From Candidatus Eiseniibacteriota bacterium (GTDB lineage: Bacteria > Eisenbacteria > RBG-16-71-46): a stretch of 43,118 nt of DNA. The number at the start of each line of letters is the position of its first letter. Position 1 is the stretch's first letter. The stretch spans positions 1 through 43,118 of the forward strand of contig JANLOX010000007.1 of NCBI GenBank assembly GCA_031366795.1, read 5' to 3'. Below are positions 1 through 9,426 of the stretch, piece by piece. The notes under the pieces were generated by a model. The model was not told the origin of the DNA. It did not search any database and saw nothing but the letters and a program-made list of their open reading frames with translations. A program made the translations under genes and the position numbers.

Positions 1-973
1 CTTCGGCGCGCTCTGCCGCATCGGCGCCCGACAACTTGCCGTCCTTGAGCTTCTCGTCGCCAACCTTCACGAGGCGGGCGGTGAAGCGCTCGCCTGCGAT
101 GGTCTGGTAGTCGACCTCGACGGTCCAGTATTCCTCGGGCACGAAGGCGCGGATCAGCGCCTCGCGCTCGCAGATCAGGCGCAACGCCACGCTCTGCACG
201 CGACCCGCCGACAATCCGTACTTGACGGTGCTCCACACGAACGGGCTGACCTTGTAGCCGACCAACCGGTCGAGTACGCGGCGCCCCTGCTGCGCGTTGT
301 AGAGATTGAGGTCGAGTTCGCGCGAGTGCTCCAGCGCCTCCGTCACGGCGCGCTGCGTGATCTCGTTGAAGGTCAGGCGGCGGATCGGGGCCTTCGAGCC
401 TTTCAGCACCGTTGCGAGATGGCAGGCAATCGCCTCGCCTTCGCGGTCCGGGTCCGGCGCCAGGTAGATCATCGCGGCGTTCTTCGCGGCGGCGCGAATC
501 TTGGCGACCACGGTCTTCTTGCTCGCGATCAGCTCGTACTCGGGCTCGAAATTATTGTCGACATCCACGCCGAGCTGGCTCTTCGGCAGGTCCATGATGT
601 GGCCGTTCGAGGCCACGACCATGAAGCCCTTGCCGAGGAACTTGTTCAGCGTCTTCGACTTTGTCGGTGACTCGACGATGACGAGCGATTTGCCGGTGCC
701 CGACTTCTCGAGCGCGCCGTGATCCTCTTCGACTTCTTCGCCCGACCGCTTGGATGCCGCGGGCTTGCGGGTGGCGGCCTTCTTCGCCGCTGCCTTCTGC
801 TTGCCGGACGCCGTGGCGCGCTTAGGCTTGGGAGTCGCGGTCGCCTCGCCAGCATCAGCAGCCGTCGCGGGTTTGGCCGCACTGCGGCGGTTGGGTTTGG
901 GCGCCTTCACTTCATCCACGTCACCCGCCTCCGCCGCCTGTCCCTTTACCGTTGCCCGCTTGCGAGCCGCCAT
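1..973 (-). CDS. topA: DNA topoisomerase I, N-terminal part (runs off the window start), with ~93-aa Lys/Ala-rich N-terminal extension
   Basis: Manual minus-strand translation gives KSLVIVESPTKSKTL...ASNGHIMDLP...APDPDREGEAIA...RRVLDRLVGY...SAGRVQS (TOPRIM/TopA motifs). ATG at 973 is in frame. Not in the ORF track because it is open at the edge. Confidence 0.95.
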   Translation of the reverse strand, partial: MAARKRATVKGQAAEAGDVDEVKAPKPNRRSAAKPATAADAGEATATPKPKRATASGKQKAAAKKAATRKPAASKRSGEEVEEDHGALEKSGTGKSLVIVESPTKSKTLNKFLGKGFMVVASNGHIMDLPKSQLGVDVDNNFEPEYELIASKKTVVAKIRAAAKNAAMIYLAPDPDREGEAIACHLATVLKGSKAPIRRLTFNEITQRAVTEALEHSRELDLNLYNAQQGRRVLDRLVGYKVSPFVWSTVKYGLSAGRVQSVALRLICEREALIRAFVPEEYWTVEVDYQTIAGERFTARLVKVGDEKLKDGKLSGADAAERAE

Positions 974-1000
974 GCGTTCGTTCGCTCCCGTCTGGTCCGC

Positions 1001-1486
1001 TTAATGGGCGCGTTCGAATGGGCCATCGCCCATGAACTCGCCACCGTCCGTGGAATCCGGCGCCATGGCTACGCGTACTGCGGCCTCACGCACATGTTCG
1101 ATGCCGACGGGCCGGATACCGCTGCCCGAAACCAGGTCCAGCACGCGCTCGAACTGACTCGCGTCGAGCGAGTCCTGGCTCCGCAGCCACAGCAGGTAAC
1201 CCCACGCCTCGGGCGCCAGGATCGCGCGCTCCTCGGGGCTTAAGACCCGGTGCGCATGGCGGCCCGGCATGGGGTCGTCATCGCCATCCGGTTCTCCCCC
1301 CGCCGAGCTGATGCTGCGTAATACCATAACTGCCGACTGCAGGTCGTCAGGTGAAATCGAAGCCTGTTCGAGCGCCTCGCCGAGTGTCTCCAGCGCCAAC
1401 TCGTCACCATCGATGTAGCGCTCGAGCTGGTCGGCGAGCAAGCGCAACGCCCGGAACACCGCATCGTGCGTGGGATCGCCGCTCAT
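1001..1486 (-). CDS. smg: DUF494/Smg family protein
   Basis: [23 protein letters not shown]...SQFERVLD resembles Smg/DUF494; usual position upstream of topA; ATG 1486 overlaps the secA stop (ATGA). Confidence 0.75.
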   Translation of the reverse strand: MSGDPTHDAVFRALRLLADQLERYIDGDELALETLGEALEQASISPDDLQSAVMVLRSISSAGGEPDGDDDPMPGRHAHRVLSPEERAILAPEAWGYLLWLRSQDSLDASQFERVLDLVSGSGIRPVGIEHVREAAVRVAMAPDSTDGGEFMGDGPFERAH

Positions 1487-4400
1487 TCTTCGCCTCCGCC
1501 GTCGGTCAGCATGTGGCATTTCTTATACTTCTTGCCGCTGCCGCACGGACACGGGTCGTTGCGGCCAACCCGCGGACCCATGCGCACCGGTTCCATGACC
1601 TGCTGGGGAGGAGCCTCTTCGGTGGCCACGGCGGCGCCACTGTCGTTCACGGTGGGAATATTGCCGAACGTCTGCGTCGTGGCGTGCTGGGTCACCAGCG
1701 CGCGCGGCGCCGGACGGTGCTCGATCTCGCGCACGGCCCCGGGGTCGAGTTGGACGCGGAAGATGCGCTCGATGAAATCGTCATTGACCTCGCCCACCAG
1801 CGTCTCGAACAGCGAGAAGGCTTCCTTCTTGTACTCGAGCAGCGGATCGCGCTGGCCATAGGCGCGCAAGCCAATGCCACCCTTCAAATGATCGAGCTCG
1901 TAAAGGTGATCGCGCCAGTGCTCGTCGAGCGTGAACAGGAACAGGTGACGCTCGAGCTCGCGCATGACCTCGGGAGTGAAGTCGGCCTCCCGCGCACGGT
2001 ATGCCGCAGCCCCAAGCTCGAACGACTTCTCGGACAACTCCTCGACGTTGCCTGTGGCGAGATCAGCCTCCGCCACGGGCCGCAGCAACAGCAGACTCAA
2101 CTCGGCCGCGAGTCCGTTGAGATCCCACTCCTCGCGATGCAGACGGTCGTTCGCATAGCGCGACGCACGGGCTGTCGTGACCTCGCGCAGCGCCTCGAGC
2201 ACGTCGGGGCTGATGTCCGAGCTCAACAACGCGCGGTTGCGCAGCTCGTAGATCAGGCCGCGCTGCTGGTTCATCACATCGTCGTATTCGAGCAGGTGCT
2301 TGCGGATGTCGAAGTTGTGCGCCTCGACGCGCTTCTGCGCCCCGCCGATGGCATTGGTCACCATGCGGTGCTCGATGACCTCGCCTTCCTGGACACCCAT
2401 GCGCTCCATCAGGCCGGCGATGCGCCCGCTGCCGAACAACCGCATCAGGTCGTCTTCGAGCGACAACGAGAAGCGCGAAGAGCCCGGATCGCCCTGACGG
2501 CCGGCGCGGCCGCGCAGCTGGCGGTCGATGCGGCGCGATTCGTGGCGCTCCGTGCCGAGGATGTGCAGACCACCGAGCCCGGACACGCCTTCGCCGAGCT
2601 TGATATCGGTGCCACGGCCGGCCATGTTCGTCGCGATCGTGACGGCGGCGCGCTGACCAGCCTGCGACACGATCTCGGCTTCCTGCTGGTGGTACTTGGC
2701 GTTGAGCACGTTGTGCTTCACGCCACGCCGCTTGAGCATGCGCGACAGTAGTTCGCTGACTTCGACGCTGATGGTGCCCACGAGCACGGGCTGGCCGCGC
2801 TCGTAACACTGTACGATCTCGTCGATGACCGCGTTAAACTTCTCGCGCTTGGTCTTGAAGACGATGTCCTCAAGATCCTTGCGCACCGCCTTGCGATGCG
2901 TGGGGATCACTGCGACGTCGAGCTTGTAGATCTCCCAGAACTCACGCGCCTCGGTCTCGGCGGTGCCCGTCATGCCGGCGAGCTTCTCGTACATGCGAAA
3001 GAAGTTCTGCAGTGTGATGGTGGCGAGCGTCTGGGTCTCTCCCTCGACGTGCACGCCTTCCTTCGCCTCGATCGCCTGGTGCAGGCCGTCCGAGTAGCGG
3101 CGCCCGGGCATCAGGCGGCCTGTGAACTCGTCGACGATCATCACCTTGTCGTCCTGGACGACGTACTCGACATCCTTCTCGAACAACGAGTAGGCCTTCA
3201 GCAGCGCCTGGATGTTGTGGATGCGCTCGTTCTGGGCGGCGTAGCCGCGGTACAGCTCGTCGCGCAGCTTGATCTTGGCTTCGGGCTCCAGATCCTCGCG
3301 GCCTTCGAGCTCCGACAGCATGCCGGTCAGGTCGGGCACCATGAACTGCTCGGGGTCGTTCGGCGACATCGCCTCGCGGCCCTTTTCGAGCAGGTCGACA
3401 TTCTTTGCTTTCTCGTCGATCGCATAGAACAGCTCGTCGTCGACTTCCTGCATGCGCTTGTCACGCAGCATGTCATTCTCGACGCGGGTGATCTGCTTCT
3501 TGAGCCCCGGCTGCTCGGACACCAGCTTCATGAAGCGCTTGTGCTTCGGCTGGGCGCGCTGGACCTGCAGCAGCTTGAACCCCGCCTCGTACTCCTTGGA
3601 CGGGTCCTTGAGCAACTGCTCGGCCTCGGCCAGCGTCTGGTTCACCCACTGCGTCTGGCCGCGCACCGCGCGCTCCACCAGCGGCTTCAGTTCATCGAAC
3701 GCCTGGTCGCTGTGCTCGACGGGTCCCGAGATGATCAGCGGCGTACGCGCTTCGTCGATCAGCACGGAGTCGACTTCGTCCACGATGGCGTAGACGAAGC
3801 CGCGCTGCACCCGGTGCTCCGGCCGCACCGCCATGTTGTCGCGCAGGTAGTCGAAGCCGAATTCGTTGTTGGTGCCGTAGGTGATGTCGCACTCGTACTG
3901 GCGGCGACGCTCCGCGGAGTCGAGCCCCTGCTGGATGCAGCCCACGGACAGCCCGAGGAACTTGTAGATCCCGCCCATCCACTCGCTGTCGCGGCGGGCC
4001 AGGTAGTCGTTGACCGTGACCAGGTGAGCGCCGCGCCCGGTGAGCGCGTTCAAGTAAATCGGCATGGTGGCGACGAGCGTCTTGCCCTCGCCGGTCGCCA
4101 TCTCGGCGATCTTGCCCTCGTGGAGCATGACGCCGCCGATCAACTGCTCATCATAGGGAACCATTTCCCAGGGGATCGGCTGGCCCACCACGTCCAGGGT
4201 GCGGCCGCACATTCGCCGGCAGGCCTCTTTGACCACGGCGAAGGCCTCCGGGACCAAGTCGCTCAAAGCGTCCTGTTCACGGACGCGGCGCTCTTCCGGG
4301 TCGGTCAGACCCTCCAGGGCGGACGCAATACGGGCCTTGAATTCCGCGGTCCTTGAAGCCAACTCCCCGTCGGAGAGGCTGTTCAGGCCAGCGAAATGCT

Positions 4401-4488
4401 GATTGATCTCTGCCACGATCGGCGTGACGCGCTTCACGTCACGGTCGTGCTTCGAACCAAACACGGATTTAAGCAGGATATCGAACAT
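1483..4488 (-). CDS. secA: Preprotein translocase ATPase SecA
   Basis: MATGEGKT Walker [27 protein letters not shown]-terminal [18 protein letters not shown]; start placed at MFDILLK (4488). Confidence 0.98.
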   Translation of the reverse strand: MFDILLKSVFGSKHDRDVKRVTPIVAEINQHFAGLNSLSDGELASRTAEFKARIASALEGLTDPEERRVREQDALSDLVPEAFAVVKEACRRMCGRTLDVVGQPIPWEMVPYDEQLIGGVMLHEGKIAEMATGEGKTLVATMPIYLNALTGRGAHLVTVNDYLARRDSEWMGGIYKFLGLSVGCIQQGLDSAERRRQYECDITYGTNNEFGFDYLRDNMAVRPEHRVQRGFVYAIVDEVDSVLIDEARTPLIISGPVEHSDQAFDELKPLVERAVRGQTQWVNQTLAEAEQLLKDPSKEYEAGFKLLQVQRAQPKHKRFMKLVSEQPGLKKQITRVENDMLRDKRMQEVDDELFYAIDEKAKNVDLLEKGREAMSPNDPEQFMVPDLTGMLSELEGREDLEPEAKIKLRDELYRGYAAQNERIHNIQALLKAYSLFEKDVEYVVQDDKVMIVDEFTGRLMPGRRYSDGLHQAIEAKEGVHVEGETQTLATITLQNFFRMYEKLAGMTGTAETEAREFWEIYKLDVAVIPTHRKAVRKDLEDIVFKTKREKFNAVIDEIVQCYERGQPVLVGTISVEVSELLSRMLKRRGVKHNVLNAKYHQQEAEIVSQAGQRAAVTIATNMAGRGTDIKLGEGVSGLGGLHILGTERHESRRIDRQLRGRAGRQGDPGSSRFSLSLEDDLMRLFGSGRIAGLMERMGVQEGEVIEHRMVTNAIGGAQKRVEAHNFDIRKHLLEYDDVMNQQRGLIYELRNRALLSSDISPDVLEALREVTTARASRYANDRLHREEWDLNGLAAELSLLLLRPVAEADLATGNVEELSEKSFELGAAAYRAREADFTPEVMRELERHLFLFTLDEHWRDHLYELDHLKGGIGLRAYGQRDPLLEYKKEAFSLFETLVGEVNDDFIERIFRVQLDPGAVREIEHRPAPRALVTQHATTQTFGNIPTVNDSGAAVATEEAPPQQVMEPVRMGPRVGRNDPCPCGSGKKYKKCHMLTDGGGEE

Positions 4489-4616
4489 CGGCGTCCAGAT
4501 TAGAGGATGTGTCAAGCGGCAGCCACCCCGGGTGCCGAATTGGGCCGTCCGGAGGGTGCCTGCGGGGTTGGTCGTTACTTTAAGATGCGGGACGGGAGCA
4601 TCGATCTGAAACGCCG

Positions 4617-4644
4617 CGGCCCGAGGCCTTGTGGTCTCGGGCCG
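4617..4644 (-). terminator. Putative hairpin/terminator downstream of the cold-shock gene
   Basis: cggcccgaggcc-ttgt-ggtctcgggccg inverted repeat just after the csp stop; only a short U-run follows on the minus strand. Confidence 0.45.
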
Positions 4645-4665
4645 GGCGGACTCTGGGCGCGACCG

Positions 4666-4869
4666 TCAGATTCGGCGAATAACGTGCGCGGCGTGCGCAC
4701 CCTGGTCGCCGGACATCAGATCAAATTCCACCTGCTCGCCTTCGTGCAGCGTACGGAAACCGTCCCCTTCGATGGATGAATGGTGAACGTAGACTTCCTG
4801 TTCGCCCTCTGCAGCGATAAAGCCGTACCCACGCTGGTCACTGAACCACTTGACGGTACCACGGGCCAT
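4666..4869 (-). CDS. csp: Cold-shock domain protein
   Basis: GTVKWFSDQRGYGFI (RNP1) and VYVHHSSI (RNP2); GGGAGG SD-like sequence upstream. Confidence 0.95.
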   Translation of the reverse strand: MARGTVKWFSDQRGYGFIAAEGEQEVYVHHSSIEGDGFRTLHEGEQVEFDLMSGDQGAHAAHVIRRI

Positions 4870-4926
4870 GAATGGCACCCTCCCTGTCGGGCCGTGTTGG
4901 GGTTTCTAGAGCCCAGAGCCAGGCTC

Positions 4927-4955
4927 AGGTTGTCCCGCTGACGCCCCGCGGTCAA
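4927..4955 (-). promoter_or_regulatory. Putative sigma-70 promoter of csp
   Basis: TTGACC-17 nt-CAACCT on the minus strand. Confidence 0.35.
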
Positions 4956-5049
4956 GCGGAAAGCAGCAGCACCAAGTTTGGGAAGGGACAAGTGTGCGCC
5001 AGGCCATGGGTCTCACGGCGCGTTTGCGGCGCCGGAGTTCAACTCCGTG

Positions 5050-5988
5050 TCAGGCGGCTTCGCGGCGTGGGCGCACGTCGTGGCGGCCGCGTCGCGACCA
5101 CTCGGCCATCAACTCGAGCGCCTCGACGTGCTCGGGTGCATGCTCCAGCACGAGTGCTGCCTGGTCCTGCGCCTGCGCGCGCTGGCCGGCGCCTTCGAGC
5201 GCGCGCGCCAGGAGAACCCGCGCGTCGTGAAAACCGGGATTCAGTTCGAGGCTCTTCGACAGCGACAGCAATGCGTCGTCGAAATGCCCGAGCGCCAACT
5301 CGGCGCGGCCCAGCGAGGCGTGGACATCCGCATAGGCGGCGAAGCGCGGCAGCAGCGCCTTGAGCATCGCGGCCGATTCGCGCGCGCGGTCCTGGTCGAC
5401 AAGCTCACGCGCGCGGCGCAACTCTTGTTCGAGCGCATCGCTGTCGAGCCGCAGCGCGCGGCGCAACAGCGCATCGGCTTCCTCCCACTCAGCATGCTCC
5501 AGCCGCCGCAGTCCCTGCTGGAACGCGCGGCGTTCTGCTTCGCCGGCTTCACCGGACAGCGAGCGCAGCACTTCGAGCGCATCGCCCACCATGCCCTCGC
5601 GCGCATCCAGCATGGCGAGCTCGAGCCGGGCGGCGAGATAGCGCGGATTGATGGTCAGCGCCGCGTCGAGCGCGCGGCGCGCATCGGCCCAGCGCTGGCC
5701 CCGCAGCAACAGGCAAGCGCGGCGGTAGTGCAGGTCGGGGTAGCGCGGCCGCAGGGCGAGCGCCGCATCGAGTGCGCGTTCGGCGGCGCCACGGTCGCCG
5801 GCGGCTTCGGCAAGTGTGGCGATCTCGGCGAGCGCGTTGGCCGCTTCCGGCGCCTTGGCTTCGCGTGCGTCACGCTCCCGCACCCGCTCCGCCACGGCAG
5901 CCATCGCCTCGGCAAAGCGTTGGCTCCGCGCGATGTTCAGCGCGGTCAGGAATTCGGACTCGGGTAGCTCGGCCGGTCGTGGACTCAC
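5050..5988 (-). CDS. Tetratricopeptide-repeat protein
   Basis: Repeated TPR-like helices (ALALRPRYPDLHYR, ALTINPRYLAARLEL, SLELNPGFHDARVLL); GTG overlaps the upstream stop. Confidence 0.85.
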   Translation of the reverse strand: MSPRPAELPESEFLTALNIARSQRFAEAMAAVAERVRERDAREAKAPEAANALAEIATLAEAAGDRGAAERALDAALALRPRYPDLHYRRACLLLRGQRWADARRALDAALTINPRYLAARLELAMLDAREGMVGDALEVLRSLSGEAGEAERRAFQQGLRRLEHAEWEEADALLRRALRLDSDALEQELRRARELVDQDRARESAAMLKALLPRFAAYADVHASLGRAELALGHFDDALLSLSKSLELNPGFHDARVLLARALEGAGQRAQAQDQAALVLEHAPEHVEALELMAEWSRRGRHDVRPRREAA

Positions 5989-6629
5989 ATGTGCCCCATC
6001 AGGATCTTCATCGCGTATCCGGCCGCCAGAGTGACGGCGAGATTGTCATCCAGTGGTATCGGCAGCATTTCCACCAGACTTGCGACCAAAGCGCCCACGA
6101 TCACCACGTGCCACGGCAGGTGTCCCAGCCCCGCCATATAGGCTGCCCAGGCCAGGCAGGCGACCAACCCCACGGCGAAGCCCTCGAGGCTCTTGCCGAA
6201 CAACCGCGTGTGCCCGTAGGCGCGCCCCGCGAGGGCCGCGAACCCATCTCCCAGCACCGTGAAACCGAGTGTGGCCGCAGCGATCGGCCGCGGGAAGATC
6301 TCCAGCGCCAGCAAGGTCGCCAGCAGCAGGTAAGTCGAACCGAGCAGGTTGAACTGCTCATGCTCACGGATCAACTCGCCGAGGAAGCGCCGGAACCACG
6401 CCTGCACACGGCGCTCGTGAATGCGCACGACGTCGATGACCACCGCCGTCAAGACGCACAGCAGCAGCACCAATCGCCAGGCGCGCGTCGAGTTCGGCCA
6501 CGGCAGCCAATGATGCAGGATGTCGAGCGGCAGCAGGATGAACGCAAGGTGGATCGCCTTACGGCGCGCCTCGGTCAACCACACGCGGTTGGTCAGCGGC
6601 GAAGTGAGCGAGGGTCGCGGTTCGGCCAT
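5985..6629 (-). CDS. CTP-dependent polyprenol/diacylglycerol kinase family membrane protein (phytol/dolichol kinase-like)
   Basis: RRKAIHL, GDGFAALAGRAYG...KSLEG and DDNLAV motifs; multiple TM segments. Confidence 0.85.
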   Translation of the reverse strand: MAEPRPSLTSPLTNRVWLTEARRKAIHLAFILLPLDILHHWLPWPNSTRAWRLVLLLCVLTAVVIDVVRIHERRVQAWFRRFLGELIREHEQFNLLGSTYLLLATLLALEIFPRPIAAATLGFTVLGDGFAALAGRAYGHTRLFGKSLEGFAVGLVACLAWAAYMAGLGHLPWHVVIVGALVASLVEMLPIPLDDNLAVTLAAGYAMKILMGHM

Positions 6630-6650
6630 TGGTAGGTCCTACCTGGCACC

Positions 6651-6989
6651 GCTCCACACCGAGCCTTGAGCACGTGCTGCGCCCTGTACCCCGGCGGGAC
6701 TCGCGGTCGTTGCTGCTCCGGACTTCCGTTCCGCGAGCGTGGCCTTCGCCGTGACATGCCCGGCTCGGCTCCCGCATTGTTTATCTGTCGAGGCGGCAGG
6801 CTTCACTTGATGTTGCGGCCCGCGCTCTTGCTCCCTCCGCAGAGGCTTTTGACGCCCCGCTTCGGCCACGCCGATCTCTCGCCGCGCCGGGGGCCTGCTA
6901 GCGGACGGTCCGGTTCTTGTCCGCGCGGGACTTTCACCCGCGGGTTCGGTGTAGCGTGAGCGACCTCGCGATCGCTCTTCAGGACGCAC
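6651..6989 (-). mobile_element. Group II intron 5' fragment (domain I only; no RT ORF, DV or DVI)
   Basis: Starts GUGCG; contains GGGUGAAAGUCCC, CAAGUGAAGCCUG, GAGCCG-ggCAUGUCa-CGGCGAAGGC and GGGGUACAGGGCGCAGCACGUG, typical of IIB domain I; loop CAUGUC (6753-6758) pairs with upstream GGCAUG (6990-6995). Confidence 0.8.
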
Positions 6990-7095
6990 CATGCCATGAC
7001 TATAGCGCGGGGACGGGTGCGAGGCTCGTAGGGTCTTGCCCTGCGCCAGTTCGCGAGTCCGCCGAGCGGGCCAGCGCGGGAAGCTGCCCTCAGCG

Positions 7096-9426
7096 TCAGC
7101 GCGGCGCGATCGCCGCCGAGTCGCTGAGCGCATACGGCCGCAGCTCGCGGTAGGCCGAGCGCGCCCCCATGATATTGCGCACATAGTCGCGCGTCTCGGC
7201 GCGACCGATCAACTCGCAGAACAGCGCCACGCCTCCGCGATCGAGCAGCGTCCGCCATTGGGGCGAGACCGCCGAGGGACCCGAGTTGTACGCCGACACC
7301 GCCACCGGCCAATTGTTGTCGAAGCGCTCGAGCAGCCAGCGCAGGTACTCGCGGCCATACCGCAGGCTCGTCGCGGCATCGAACATCGCTTCGCGATCCG
7401 GCGGCCCAGCCCCGAGACGCCGCGCCATGTCGCCAGCCGTCGCGAGCTTCAACTGGTAGAGCCCGAGCGCATCGCTCTTGGAGCGAGCACGCGGATCGAA
7501 GCGGCTCTCCTGCCATGCGACCGCGCGCAGCAACGCGCGATCGACCGGATCGGAGCCGGGCGACTCGGGGACCGCACCATATAATGAGTCGAGCGCGGGC
7601 GGGTAGCGGAGCGCGATCAGGGACCATTCGACGGCACTCGAATTCGGTTCAATGCTCCTGTCCAAGACATTCTGGGATATGCGGATGGCCAACGGGATCT
7701 GATCCATCCCGAAGGCGAGCGTCGCCCTGGGCAACGAGGATGCTCTGGAAGCATCTATGCCCGCGCCCGGGGATTGTACTCGGGCGTCCAGGGACTTCAT
7801 TACTCCGCCTCGAGCCTGCTGCATGACCCTCTTTGCTGCTTCACGATCGCCGAGAACGATGAGCGCTTCCACAAATTGTTCATCCGGTAGAAACTGCAAA
7901 TTTTTCTCTCGCATCACCATCCTGTCCGGCCAGCCACTTACCCCGAGGCTGTCGCGTGCCGCGACCCGGTAGAATGAGTAGCCCGGCCGGGCGGCAATCG
8001 ACTGGAGCGTGCGCCGCGCCGAATCTCGTGCGGTGACGGATGCAGAGCGGCGCGTCAGCACCGCACGCCAGAAGGCAAAAGCTTCCCCCTCTGCCTCCTG
8101 CCACTCGCTCGCCGCGTGTTGGGGCTCACCGTCCGCGACCCACAGCAACCCGCACAGCAGCCGCGCGTCCATCGAACGGTCGCCGTTCAAGTGCGCCGCG
8201 TGGCGCAACACGATTCGCGCATCCGCAGTGCGGCCCGCTGCGATGAGCTCAAGTCCATGCTCCCACCCCGCGGCGGCACCCAGATCGTCTGATAGCGTTT
8301 CACGTTCGACTGCCCCGTAACTGCGGAGCGCCTCAGCTCGCCGGCCGGCATCGCGATAAGCTCTCGCCCGTTCGAGCCGCAGTTCCGCCGCGATCGCTGC
8401 ATCCGGCGTGGACCGCAGGGCGGACGCGATGATCGAGAGCGCCGCGTCGAAGCGGCGCGCTTCCCGCGACACCCGCGCCCATTGAATGTCGACGCGAGCC
8501 CGCACATTTCCTGACGAAGCGCGATGGGCGCGTTCCAACCACTCCATGGCCGCAGGGCGATCGCCGCGCGCGCGCGCGGCTCCCGCCGCCTGGGTTGCAT
8601 CCGCCGCGGGTAGGAGTTGGTCCCGGAAATCCGCGAATCGCTGGAGCATGGCAATCGCGGGGATTGCGGCGGCAGTGGACGGATAGAGATCGAACACCTT
8701 CCGCGCGCGCTTCCACGCGAGACCGGAGTCCCCGCGGGCCTCCGCGAGCGAAGCTTGCCGCATACGCAGGGCGGCAACTTCCGTCTCGGTCCACAAAAAG
8801 CCGGGCTCTCGGCTCAGCAGCGATTCGGCCCGCGCGGTGTGTCCGGCCGCGATCGCCAGATCACTCCGTAGGCGGAGGGCCTCCCACTCCCAGTCGCTCA
8901 TGAACGTCAGCAGGTCCCCGAGGACTCTGTCGGCCCCCAGTGAATCTCCGCGGGCCAGCAGCAGGTAAGCGGCCCGGCGCAGTGCGTAAGGACCTAGCCA
9001 CGACCTGTCCTCGGCAGCGAGCGCTTGCCATCCCGTGAGTGAATCACCCGCGTCACGCAATACGGCTCGAGCGTGCGCTGCATCGGCCGACCAACGCGCG
9101 CGCGGCGACCAGTCCAGCCGCCCGGCTGCATCCACGCGAGGCAGCGACATGGCCGGCATCCATACGCCCAACAATGAGTCCGTGGTGGGAATCACTTCGG
9201 GTTTCCAGAGTGAATCTGGATCGAGGGACGGCCACTTTCGCAGTGGGGCCGCACGGCCGGAGATGCTTCCGGCACCCGCGGGCGGTGGCGTTCGCGTCAA
9301 GACGCCCGGTGCCGGCGCGCATGAGGCGAGCGCCGCCGCCATGGCCAGCGCACACGCACACACCCGCCATGCCTCGCGCGCGGCGTGATCCGCGCGCTCG
9401 CGCCGCGCTTCCCCCAAGCGCCTCAC
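7096..9426 (-). CDS. Soluble lytic transglycosylase (Slt70-like) with TPR-like helical region, putative lipoprotein
   Basis: C-terminal AVAWQESRFDPRARS..ALGLYQL, AYNSGP, ETRDYV SLT motifs; N-terminal LASC lipobox; start uncertain (GTG 9426 overlaps the guaA stop). Confidence 0.85.
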   Translation of the reverse strand: MRRLGEARRERADHAAREAWRVCACALAMAAALASCAPAPGVLTRTPPPAGAGSISGRAAPLRKWPSLDPDSLWKPEVIPTTDSLLGVWMPAMSLPRVDAAGRLDWSPRARWSADAAHARAVLRDAGDSLTGWQALAAEDRSWLGPYALRRAAYLLLARGDSLGADRVLGDLLTFMSDWEWEALRLRSDLAIAAGHTARAESLLSREPGFLWTETEVAALRMRQASLAEARGDSGLAWKRARKVFDLYPSTAAAIPAIAMLQRFADFRDQLLPAADATQAAGAARARGDRPAAMEWLERAHRASSGNVRARVDIQWARVSREARRFDAALSIIASALRSTPDAAIAAELRLERARAYRDAGRRAEALRSYGAVERETLSDDLGAAAGWEHGLELIAAGRTADARIVLRHAAHLNGDRSMDARLLCGLLWVADGEPQHAASEWQEAEGEAFAFWRAVLTRRSASVTARDSARRTLQSIAARPGYSFYRVAARDSLGVSGWPDRMVMREKNLQFLPDEQFVEALIVLGDREAAKRVMQQARGGVMKSLDARVQSPGAGIDASRASSLPRATLAFGMDQIPLAIRISQNVLDRSIEPNSSAVEWSLIALRYPPALDSLYGAVPESPGSDPVDRALLRAVAWQESRFDPRARSKSDALGLYQLKLATAGDMARRLGAGPPDREAMFDAATSLRYGREYLRWLLERFDNNWPVAVSAYNSGPSAVSPQWRTLLDRGGVALFCELIGRAETRDYVRNIMGARSAYRELRPYALSDSAAIAPR

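Noticed and set aside
1351..4356. Long plus-strand ORFs opposite secA (similar ones oppose guaA, nosZ, scpAB and trpS)
   Set aside because: Antisense shadow ORFs expected from high-GC codon bias; no recognisable motifs.
4945..4975. gtcaagcggaaagcagcagc resembling the SRP RNA domain IV loop
   Set aside because: Lacks CAGG and the paired stem around GGAA; better explained as the csp promoter region.
6639..7184. 181-aa minus-strand ORF as a genuine protein gene
   Set aside because: It is a translation of intron domain I RNA and overlaps the slt end; no protein motifs.
7560..8300. Somewhat more AT-rich patch inside slt as a foreign insertion
   Set aside because: Frame is uninterrupted, no flanking repeats or mobility genes; the shift is mild and judged only by eye.
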